From Candidatus Woesearchaeota archaeon (GTDB taxonomy: Archaea; Nanobdellota; Nanobdellia; SCGC-AAA011-G17; PNOQ01), in contig CAZTYO010000002.1 of NCBI GenBank assembly GCA_964617925.1, forward strand, positions 1 through 51,592: 51,592 bases of DNA. The letters are read 5' to 3'. This document shows positions 17,630-25,789 of the stretch, piece after piece (position 1 is the stretch's first letter; the number at the start of each line of letters is the position of its first letter). The translations under genes and the position numbers were made by a program. A model generated the notes under the pieces. It was given only the letters and a program-made list of their open reading frames with translations. It ran no database searches and was not told the DNA's origin.

Positions 17630-19933
17630 TTAAAATCCTGCCAATGTTGTTTGTTTATTTCCTTCTGCTACTTCTTCAAAAGTAGTATCAAAAAATTGTA
17701 AAATTGCATCTGCTATTGGTTTTATCTGTCTTTTTATGTAGTGTCCATAATCTATTTTGTGTTTTAGTGATTGAATTGGTTCTGGGCCATCTGAAGTTAT
17801 GTAATATTCTATTATATTTGATTCTAATTTTTTTAATTTTCTCGCTGCCTTGATGTGAGGGGGAGTAATTTTAATATATTCTTTCAAATCTTTTCTTATT
17901 GATTTTCTATAAACTAATTTTTTATCTAATTTTCCTGCCAAAATGTCTTCAACATATTTTTTTATGAATTTAGTTGGATCTTCTTTGTGAAATATTTGGT
18001 TATACAACTCTTGTTGGAATTCTTTTGCTGCAGTGGTCCAGTCGCTTCTTACTGTTTCTAGCCCAACAAACTGTACCTCTTCTTTTCCATCTTTTTCTAT
18101 TAGTCCAGCATATCTTTTTTTTGCACCTGTTTCCTTACCCCTTATTTTTGGCATTAAAAACCTAGAATAACATTTTTCATATTCTAATTCTAAAAAACTT
18201 GGTATATTGTGATTCTTCTTTATTCTTTTATCATGAAATTCATTTAATTCCTTTTCTAGAGTTTTACCTATTTTTTCTGATTTTTTACAGGAATCTAATT
18301 TTGTGTCTATGAAGATAGAATCAGTATCCGAGTATATTACTCTGTATCCTTTCTTCTCTGTTTCTTCTGCTGTTTTCTTAATTAATTCTTGACCAAAATG
18401 AGTTATTGCATTTGCTATGTGTAAATTGTAAAATCTGCAATTTGGGTTGGCCATTACTCCAAAAAATGAATTCATTAATATTTTTATTGCATATCTTCCT
18501 AATTCATTTTTATCTTTTCTTGTTTTTTCTCTGGCAGCCCACAACTCTTGAATTATTTCTGGCATAATTCCTTCTTCTTTTGAAAAACTTGCCCCATTTG
18601 GTGCATTGATTGAATCCTTTGTTTTCTTTTTTAGATAAGCGGAAGGATCAATATTGAATGTTCTAACAATTGAAGGATATAGCGATTTGAAATCCAAAAC
18701 AATTATATTATCATAAATTCCAGGAGCTGGACTCATAACATATCCTCCCTTTATTCTTGCTTCTCTATCTCCATTTGAAGAAGTTGGACAAACTAATTTT
18801 CTTTTTCTTGCTCTTTGTAGATATAAGAAATCTAGGGAAGCTATTGATGCATTTACTCTGTCTAAAGACATTCCAGTTAGAATGGATCTTTGAATTACTA
18901 AGTTAACTAAGTCTGCTTCATCAATTATCCTATATGCTAACTCTGCATCAAGTAAATTATATTTTATTAAGTTTTTTTGATCTTCCTTGAATAATTTGTC
19001 AATTTCTTCATATTTTTGTTTGCCAGTCGATTGTATTAATTTTCCTTTACCTAAAAGTTCTTTTGCAGCAGTATCTAATTTGTAGTTCTCTAATTTAATG
19101 AATGATGATTTTGTTAAATCTAAACCATCTAAAATTACTCTTCCAACTAAATCTGCTTTACTTGTTCTAAAAAAGTTTGATTCTAATCTTAACTTTGAAA
19201 TTGAATTATCCCTTCCCAGAATAAAGGGTATATTGTATTGTTTGAATTTGCCCCTTAAAAAACTCATATCAAAATCTATAACATTCCATCCAGTTATTAT
19301 GTCTGGATCAAATTCTAAGATTTCATCTTTGAATGCTTCGAGCAAATTTTCTTCATCTTTGAATGCTGTTGCTCCAGGTACTTTTTTATCTGAAATTGTG
19401 AAAGATTTTTTGTAATCTTTTGAATATGCAGAGATACAATAAAGTTTCTTTGCTTTTTTATCTGTCTCTATATCGAATGAAAAGATTTTGAGGTTTTTTG
19501 GCACATAATCTGTTTTTTTAAATTCTGGATTTGTATAAATTCTATCTATTGTTTCTGAAGTTTCATAATCTCCCCATATATCTACTGATCCTTGTATCTT
19601 ATTATCTATTAGAAATCTTCTTGAATAATTTATATCTGCTTCATAAGTTGTTATGTTGTTTTTTACTAATTCATTTTTTATTTCTGAAACATCCCTAGGA
19701 TTTTTGAAAATTATTTTTGAAACTTTTTCTTTTTGAAAATTGATTAAATCTGTTTTTTCTACTTTAAACTCAGTTAAATCTACTTTTTTTGTATCTTTAT
19801 TCTTGATTAAGAAATATGGATTAAATTCATTTACTGTTAAGAAAGATTGGCCATTTTCTAGTCGCCCATATAATAAAACACATGGTTTTCCATTAATCAT
19901 TCGAGAACTTGGAGATATTATGAATCCTTTCAT
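17630..19933 (-). CDS. polB: family B DNA polymerase
   Basis: ExoI FDIETD, ExoII NVIDFDMSFL, PolA DFKSLYPSI, PolC YSDTDS and a KKRYAG motif. Its 767 aa and contiguous motifs leave no room for an intein. Confidence 0.95.
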   Translation of the reverse strand: MKGFIISPSSRMINGKPCVLLYGRLENGQSFLTVNEFNPYFLIKNKDTKKVDLTEFKVEKTDLINFQKEKVSKIIFKNPRDVSEIKNELVKNNITTYEADINYSRRFLIDNKIQGSVDIWGDYETSETIDRIYTNPEFKKTDYVPKNLKIFSFDIETDKKAKKLYCISAYSKDYKKSFTISDKKVPGATAFKDEENLLEAFKDEILEFDPDIITGWNVIDFDMSFLRGKFKQYNIPFILGRDNSISKLRLESNFFRTSKADLVGRVILDGLDLTKSSFIKLENYKLDTAAKELLGKGKLIQSTGKQKYEEIDKLFKEDQKNLIKYNLLDAELAYRIIDEADLVNLVIQRSILTGMSLDRVNASIASLDFLYLQRARKRKLVCPTSSNGDREARIKGGYVMSPAPGIYDNIIVLDFKSLYPSIVRTFNIDPSAYLKKKTKDSINAPNGASFSKEEGIMPEIIQELWAAREKTRKDKNELGRYAIKILMNSFFGVMANPNCRFYNLHIANAITHFGQELIKKTAEETEKKGYRVIYSDTDSIFIDTKLDSCKKSEKIGKTLEKELNEFHDKRIKKNHNIPSFLELEYEKCYSRFLMPKIRGKETGAKKRYAGLIEKDGKEEVQFVGLETVRSDWTTAAKEFQQELYNQIFHKEDPTKFIKKYVEDILAGKLDKKLVYRKSIRKDLKEYIKITPPHIKAARKLKKLESNIIEYYITSDGPEPIQSLKHKIDYGHYIKRQIKPIADAILQFFDTTFEEVAEGNKQTTLAGF

Positions 19934-19983
19934 AGTATATTCTTAGTAGTTATATTTTTAAATGTTTATGATTTTAGATTGTT

Positions 19984-20844
19984 ATGAGTGATTGGCTAAA
20001 GGCAGGAAGAATAGCATCAGAAGCTAGAGAGTATGGTAGAAAATTAGTTGTAGTTGAAGCTAATTTATTAGAAGTTTCTGAAAAAATTGAAGCTAAAATA
20101 TTTGAACTTGGAGGAAAACCTGCATTTCCAACACAATTATCTATAAATGGTACTGCTGCACATTATAATGCAGTTGTTGATGATAAAACTATTTTTAAAA
20201 TTGGAGATTTAGTTAAATTGGATGTTGGCGCACATGTTAATGGTGCAATCGGAGATACTGCATGTACTATAGATCTTGGAAATAATTCTGATTTAGTAAA
20301 AGCATCTGAAGATGCCCTTAAGGTAGCAATTAATTTAGCTAAACCTGGAATGGAAGTTCGAGAAATTGGCAAATCAATTAGTGAAACTATTACTGCCGCA
20401 GGGTTTAGTCCGATAAAAAACCTGGGAGGCCATGGTTTAGATTTGTATACTGTCCATACTAGTCCATCTATTCCAAATTTTGACAATGGAGATAAGACTA
20501 AATTGAAAGAAGGAGACCACATTGCTATAGAACCTTTCGCAACCTCTGGAATAGGAGTTGTTGTTGAAGGAGCTGGTTCTGAAGTTTATTTGTTTAAAGG
20601 CCAAAAACCAGTTAGAAGTTTAATGGCAAGAAAAATTCTAAAGTTTATTGAAGAAGAATATGGGAATCTTCCTTTTGCTAAGAGATGGGTTGCTAAAAAA
20701 TTCAATGGAATAAATGTCGCTTTTACTTTACTTGAAAAAGCTGGAGCAATATCTCACTATCCTAGATTAGTTGAAAGAAAAAAAGGCATGGTTGCTCAAA
20801 CTGAGCATAGTCTAATTGTTGGTGGAGAAGTTACCACGAAATAA
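19984..20844 (+). CDS. map: methionine aminopeptidase, type 2 (archaeal)
   Basis: Pita-bread metal-ligand pattern: DLVKLDVGAHVNGAIGD, GHGL, IAIEP and TEHSLIV. Confidence 0.9.
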   Translation: MSDWLKAGRIASEAREYGRKLVVVEANLLEVSEKIEAKIFELGGKPAFPTQLSINGTAAHYNAVVDDKTIFKIGDLVKLDVGAHVNGAIGDTACTIDLGNNSDLVKASEDALKVAINLAKPGMEVREIGKSISETITAAGFSPIKNLGGHGLDLYTVHTSPSIPNFDNGDKTKLKEGDHIAIEPFATSGIGVVVEGAGSEVYLFKGQKPVRSLMARKILKFIEEEYGNLPFAKRWVAKKFNGINVAFTLLEKAGAISHYPRLVERKKGMVAQTEHSLIVGGEVTTK

Positions 20845-20855
20845 AAAAGAAAAAA

Positions 20856-23147
20856 TTAGCCCATATATTGTTGGGCATCTCTTATTGCTGCACCTCTTGC
20901 AGTTCTAAGATAGTTGTTTTCTATCTCTTGATATGTTTTAATATCTTGTTCTGTTATTGAAGGTACAACTTTCTTCAAAGCTTCATCAAAGGCGGACATC
21001 TTTACTTCTTTTGCTTTAATGTCTTTTCTTAAAGTCAACATTCCTGCTTCCCTACAAATTGATTCTATATCTGAACCAGTATATCCATTTGTTTCAGCTG
21101 CAAGTTTTTTCAAACTAACATCTTTACCCGTTGACATCTTTTGTGTATGCACTTTGAATATTTCTTCTCTCGCTTTTTTATCTGGTACTTCTGCCATAAC
21201 AATTCTATCAAATCTTCCAGGCCTTAGTAATGCTGGATCTAAAATATCTGGCCTGTTTGTTGCTGCGATTACTACAACATCGTTCATTTCTTCTAAACCA
21301 TCCATCTCAGATAACAATTGGTTAACCATTCTCTCAGTTACTTTTGAACCTCCTTGTTCTGATCCCCTTCTTCCGGCCATTGAATCTATCTCATCAAAGA
21401 AAATTATTGTTGGAGATGCTTGCCTTGCTTTCTCAAATATCTTCCTTATTCCTTTTTCTGATTCTCCTGCCCACATCGAAATTAATTCCGGACCTTTTAT
21501 TGAAATAAAATTTGCTTCTGATTCATTTGCTACTGCTTTTGCCAATAAAGTTTTACCAGTCCCAGGCGGGCCATATAATAATACACCTTTTGGAGGATTT
21601 ATTCCTAATTTCTTAAAAGCATCTGCATGATTTAATGGCCATTCTACTGTTTCCTTTAATTCTGCCTTTATCTTCTCCAAACCTCCAATATCCGACCATT
21701 TTGTTGTTGGTTTTTCTATTAAAACTTCCCTCATTGCAGAAGGCCTAACTACCTTTATTGCCTCTCGAAAATCTTCTCCGGTTATTTTTAACTTTTCTAA
21801 GATTTCGTTGGGTATTTCTTTTCCTTCTTCTAAATTAAAATCCTGCAAGTTCCTTCTCAAAACATTCATTGCTGCTTCTTTTGCTAAGGATTCTAAGTCT
21901 GCACCCACAAATCCATGAGTTATTGCCGCCAATTTTTCTAAATCTACATCTTTTGTTAATGGCATATTTCTTGTATGGATCTTTAATACTTCTAGTCTTC
22001 CTGCTACATCTGGCACTCCGAAAACTAATTCCCTATCAAATCTTCCTGGCCTTCTTAGTGCAGGATCAATTGCATTTGGACGATTTGTTGCTCCAATTAC
22101 TACAACTCTTCCTCTGCTATTTAATCCATCCATCATTGCTAATAGTTGTGCAACCACTCTTCTTTCTACTTCCCCATGAGTATCTTCTCTTTTTGGTGCA
22201 ATTGCATCAATTTCATCAATAAAAATTATTGAAGGTGCTTTTTCTGTTGCATCTTCAAAAATCTTTCTTATTTTTTTCTCAGATTCTCCATAAAATTTAT
22301 TCATAATTTCTGGACCATTTATAACAACAAAATTTGCTTCTGATTCATTTGCAACTGCCCTTGCTAAAAGAGTCTTACCAGTTCCAGGCGGTCCATGCAT
22401 TAAAACTCCTGCAGGGGGATTAATTCCTAATTTTTCAAAAAGTTCTGGATGTTTTATGGGTAATTCGACTAATTCTCTTACTTTCTTTATCTCCTCAGAT
22501 AATCCACCAATATCTTCGTAAGTTACATCTGGCACTGCTGTAGCTCCATCATCTGAAACTGTTACTGCTTTTGAACTTAATTTTACTTCTGTATTTTCAG
22601 TAATTATAATTGGGCCAGGCGGATTTGTTTCTGCAACTACAAATTTTAAACTTCCTAAGTTACCAAGCATCATACCTTGGAAAACTGAATCAAAAATGTC
22701 TTCAAATGGACTTCCAGAAAATGTCGATTGTCTTCTCTTTGCCCCTCCCAGAGAAACTATGTCTCCCTTTATTGTTGCCCTACCTAATAATGAATTCTTA
22801 AAAATTTGAGGATCTGCTTGAATCATCATTCCTTGTTGAGCAGGTGCGATTGTAATCTTCTTTGCTTCTTTTACTTCTGCCTTTTTTATTGTAACATTGT
22901 CTCCAATTCCAGTTCCTGCATTTCTTCTTAATATTCCATCCATTCGAATTATTTGCTCTCCTACATCAGAAGGATATGCACGATCTGCAATTCCGACTGT
23001 TTTTTTCTTGCCCATTATCTCTATAACATCTCCAGGCCTTACGCCGGTTAATTTCATCATTCCTGAATCTACTCTGACTATTCCTTTGTATGCCTCTTCT
23101 TGTAAGGCTTCCATTACTCTCAATTTTACTGATTTTTCTTTTGCCAT
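20856..23147 (-). CDS. cdc48: Cdc48/VCP-like AAA+ ATPase (N domain plus D1 and D2)
   Basis: N-domain motif LRVMEA...[21 protein letters not shown]. Two AAA modules have [11 protein letters not shown] Walker A motifs, plus IIFIDEID and IIFFDEID. Confidence 0.95.
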   Translation of the reverse strand: MAKEKSVKLRVMEALQEEAYKGIVRVDSGMMKLTGVRPGDVIEIMGKKKTVGIADRAYPSDVGEQIIRMDGILRRNAGTGIGDNVTIKKAEVKEAKKITIAPAQQGMMIQADPQIFKNSLLGRATIKGDIVSLGGAKRRQSTFSGSPFEDIFDSVFQGMMLGNLGSLKFVVAETNPPGPIIITENTEVKLSSKAVTVSDDGATAVPDVTYEDIGGLSEEIKKVRELVELPIKHPELFEKLGINPPAGVLMHGPPGTGKTLLARAVANESEANFVVINGPEIMNKFYGESEKKIRKIFEDATEKAPSIIFIDEIDAIAPKREDTHGEVERRVVAQLLAMMDGLNSRGRVVVIGATNRPNAIDPALRRPGRFDRELVFGVPDVAGRLEVLKIHTRNMPLTKDVDLEKLAAITHGFVGADLESLAKEAAMNVLRRNLQDFNLEEGKEIPNEILEKLKITGEDFREAIKVVRPSAMREVLIEKPTTKWSDIGGLEKIKAELKETVEWPLNHADAFKKLGINPPKGVLLYGPPGTGKTLLAKAVANESEANFISIKGPELISMWAGESEKGIRKIFEKARQASPTIIFFDEIDSMAGRRGSEQGGSKVTERMVNQLLSEMDGLEEMNDVVVIAATNRPDILDPALLRPGRFDRIVMAEVPDKKAREEIFKVHTQKMSTGKDVSLKKLAAETNGYTGSDIESICREAGMLTLRKDIKAKEVKMSAFDEALKKVVPSITEQDIKTYQEIENNYLRTARGAAIRDAQQYMG

Positions 23148-23148
23148 T

Positions 23149-23508
23149 TTATTTCTCCAATAATCTCCTAAATCTTAATCTTATTTTTCCGGGTTCTTCT
23201 AAACTCAATCTCATCATGTTATCCATTTCTTTTTCCATCTGTGCAAATTTTTCTTCAAATTCAATTATTTCCCTAGGAATGGTTACTGAAAATGAATTTC
23301 CAACCATTCTAAGTTTTACATCAAATCTTCTGTCCCTCAACTTCTTGAATTCTTCAAATTCTCTTAGATCTGAAGGATCATAAAATCTTTCAGAACATTT
23401 TGGACATTCAAAAAACTTCAATTTAAAACCTTGTCTAATCTCTAATTTTCGTCCAGTTTCTTTGTTGCAAGTTGGACACAATACCCTTGCATGAGTTATG
23501 TCTTTCAT
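23149..23508 (-). CDS. YgiT/MqsA-type zinc-ribbon plus AbrB/MazE (SpoVT-AbrB) fold protein
   Basis: CPTCNKE...FFECPKCSERFYDPSD resembles the MqsA N-terminal Zn ribbon. VKLRMVGNSFSVTIPREI matches the MazE/AbrB signature (xGNSxxVxIPxxi). The stop lies 1 nt from the cdc48 ATG. The start may be 23532 or 23508. Confidence 0.6.
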   Translation of the reverse strand: MKDITHARVLCPTCNKETGRKLEIRQGFKLKFFECPKCSERFYDPSDLREFEEFKKLRDRRFDVKLRMVGNSFSVTIPREIIEFEEKFAQMEKEMDNMMRLSLEEPGKIRLRFRRLLEK

Positions 23509-23522
23509 TTTGTATATACTTC

Positions 23523-23532
23523 GTGTATACAC
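23523..23532. promoter_or_regulatory. perfect 10-bp palindrome gtgtatacac between a TATA-like box and the ATG at 23508
   Basis: Seen directly. A tttatata box lies about 30 nt upstream of the ATG on the minus strand. Confidence 0.3.
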
Positions 23533-23559
23533 AAGACGTATATAAATGTTTCTATAGAA

Positions 23560-23868
23560 TTAACCGCATTTTATTATTTGTTTGCATGGCACATATAGCC
23601 CAAGATCATCCTCTATATACTTTTGTGCATTATTTAATTGTTGATGTGCCCTATCTAAATTCTTGTCCGTGCATTTGTACTCTAAAATGTAAAGCGTTGT
23701 TCCATCCCATATTAATCCATCGGGCTCGGCAACTAGATTATTCCCCCTCCAGAATTGTGTTTCCTTTGAAATTGTCATTATTCCAGGAATTTCTCTTTTA
23801 ATTTCCTGATTTAAAATTTCTGTTAATCTTTTATCATGTTTTGAATGTTGTCTTTTTACTTGACTCAT
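23560..23868 (-). CDS. small PD-(D/E)xK nuclease-fold protein (Hjc- or VRR-NUC-like)
   Basis: AEPDGLIWDGTTLYILEYKC gives PD...(13 aa)...E-x-K spacing. An acidic residue lies about 24 aa upstream and a Q lies downstream (AHQQL), as in VRR-NUC. Only 102 aa. Confidence 0.5.
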   Translation of the reverse strand: MSQVKRQHSKHDKRLTEILNQEIKREIPGIMTISKETQFWRGNNLVAEPDGLIWDGTTLYILEYKCTDKNLDRAHQQLNNAQKYIEDDLGLYVPCKQIIKCG

Positions 23869-23951
23869 AATATGTTAAAACTCTCTTTATATTTATATTT
23901 TTAGGTAAAATTATTCCATAATCTTTTAAATTTTAATAAACCTCCATATTT

Positions 23952-24596
23952 ATGCAAATTAAAAGTGGAAACGTAGATCTCGATTCTTTTCTTTCTGGAG
24001 GATATGAAAGATTAACTGCTTTTTATGGACTTCCAACTTCTGGAAAAACTTGTTTGAGTTTGATGGCAGTTCTTGAACAAATTAAAAAAAGTAATGTTTT
24101 TTTCTTAGATATTAAAAATGATTTTAAGTTAGGAAGACTTGAACAAATAAATGGAGGTAAAGTTGATGAATATCTTAGTAATTTATTTGTTTTAAACATA
24201 AAAAGTTTTGCAGATCAACAAAAAAAAATAATCAGATTATCTGAAATAGTTGAAAAAAAAGAATTTTCTTTAATTATTATTGATGGCTTTAATTTTTATT
24301 ATAGGACTTTGGTTAATAGTAAACCTGAATTGGCCAAAAGTATGTTAAATAGTCAACTTAAAATTTTAAAAAAGATTTCCAAGAAAACAACAATAATTAT
24401 CACTAATGATGTTTTTGAAAGATTTGATAATGGGGATATAAAAATGATTGGAGATAATTTGATTAGTTGGTGGAGTGATTCTATTATAAAATTGGAGGCT
24501 GGCGGCAATATATCTAATAAAGTAAAAATGATCAAACCAAAGAAAAAAGAGAGGTTTGCATTCAATATAATAGAAAGAGGCATTGAAAAAACCTAA
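23952..24596 (+). CDS. radB: RadB-like RecA-superfamily protein
   Basis: 214 aa with LDSFLSGGYE, Walker A GLPTSGKT and Walker B LIIIDGF. It has no N-terminal HhH domain, so it is RadB-sized rather than RadA-sized. Confidence 0.7.
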   Translation: MQIKSGNVDLDSFLSGGYERLTAFYGLPTSGKTCLSLMAVLEQIKKSNVFFLDIKNDFKLGRLEQINGGKVDEYLSNLFVLNIKSFADQQKKIIRLSEIVEKKEFSLIIIDGFNFYYRTLVNSKPELAKSMLNSQLKILKKISKKTTIIITNDVFERFDNGDIKMIGDNLISWWSDSIIKLEAGGNISNKVKMIKPKKKERFAFNIIERGIEKT

Positions 24597-24633
24597 TAGA
24601 AACATTTATAATTTTTAATTGAGTGTTTGATTT

Positions 24634-25779
24634 ATGGTTAATAGCAATAAAAGAGGTGGTTTTATTGATTATATTTTTCAAAAGAATAAAGAAGAAACTA
24701 TCTCCGAACCATTATCAGAAAAAAAAGAATTATTCTATAATGAAGAAAATATTAACCTTCTTGATGAAAAACTTTCAAAGATAAAAGGAAAAATACTTAT
24801 TGGGATGCATGATTATCCTTGTGGAGATTCTATAGCTAGTGCTTATGTTTGGAAAGAAAAAATTTTGGGGGGAAAATTCGGGATAGAATCAGATATATTC
24901 TATAATGGGGCAATTAGTCACCATGAAAACATAGCATTAGTGAAAAAACTTGATTCATTATTCTCTTTTGAAATGTTGAAACATGAAGATGTTAATTTCA
25001 AAGATTATGCAAAAACTTTCTTCTTAGATGTCTCAGTAAGAAATAAACATTTGACTTTACCAGATAATAAATCATTAGATATTGTTGTTGATCACCACCT
25101 AGATCCTGTTGGAGAAACAGATTTTTCTAAATATCTTTTTGCAGATGTTAGAGCTTCTACTGAAATTGGGTCTACTTCTACAATGACTATTGAATATCTT
25201 GATGCTTTTGGATTAAATTTTGATAAAGATGCCGAACAAGATAGATTGTTGGCCACAGCATTAAAATTAGGAATCCTAATTGATACTAATAATTTGAAAA
25301 AAGCTACAACCAAAGACTACATTGCTTTATCTAAAATTCATGAATATGTTGATAGAAATACCCTTGAAGAAATAATAAGACCTTCTCGTTCTGGAGAGAT
25401 GCAAAACGGAATTGGAAAGGGATTATCTGAAAGAAAGAGATTTGGAGTTTATAGCATTGGATGTGCAGGTTATCTTTCTACTAACAATAGAGATACTATT
25501 TCAGTTCTTGCCCATGAACTTATGGCAGAAGAAGGTGTTGAAGTTGGAATTGGTTATGCAGTTATTGGTGAGAGAGTTGGAATATCTATAAAGGCTCGTG
25601 AAAGCAGTAAAATTAATGCTCAGAAAATCGCTAATTTGTTTGGCGGCGGTGGAAGATATGACGAAGCTGGAGCTAGTATGCCTCTTGGACCATTCTCAGA
25701 CTATAAAGAAGGAGATCAAGTTCTATTAGATGCAGTTATTGATTCCCTAATAATACCTAAAATAGAAAATAAGATGTAA
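24634..25779 (+). CDS. DHH/DHHA1 phosphoesterase (RecJ/Cdc45/NrnA-like)
   Basis: Motifs HDYPCGDSIAS, VVDHH and DHHA1-like FGGGGRYDEAGA. Confidence 0.7.
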   Translation: MVNSNKRGGFIDYIFQKNKEETISEPLSEKKELFYNEENINLLDEKLSKIKGKILIGMHDYPCGDSIASAYVWKEKILGGKFGIESDIFYNGAISHHENIALVKKLDSLFSFEMLKHEDVNFKDYAKTFFLDVSVRNKHLTLPDNKSLDIVVDHHLDPVGETDFSKYLFADVRASTEIGSTSTMTIEYLDAFGLNFDKDAEQDRLLATALKLGILIDTNNLKKATTKDYIALSKIHEYVDRNTLEEIIRPSRSGEMQNGIGKGLSERKRFGVYSIGCAGYLSTNNRDTISVLAHELMAEEGVEVGIGYAVIGERVGISIKARESSKINAQKIANLFGGGGRYDEAGASMPLGPFSDYKEGDQVLLDAVIDSLIIPKIENKM

Positions 25780-25789
25780 TTAACTAAAG

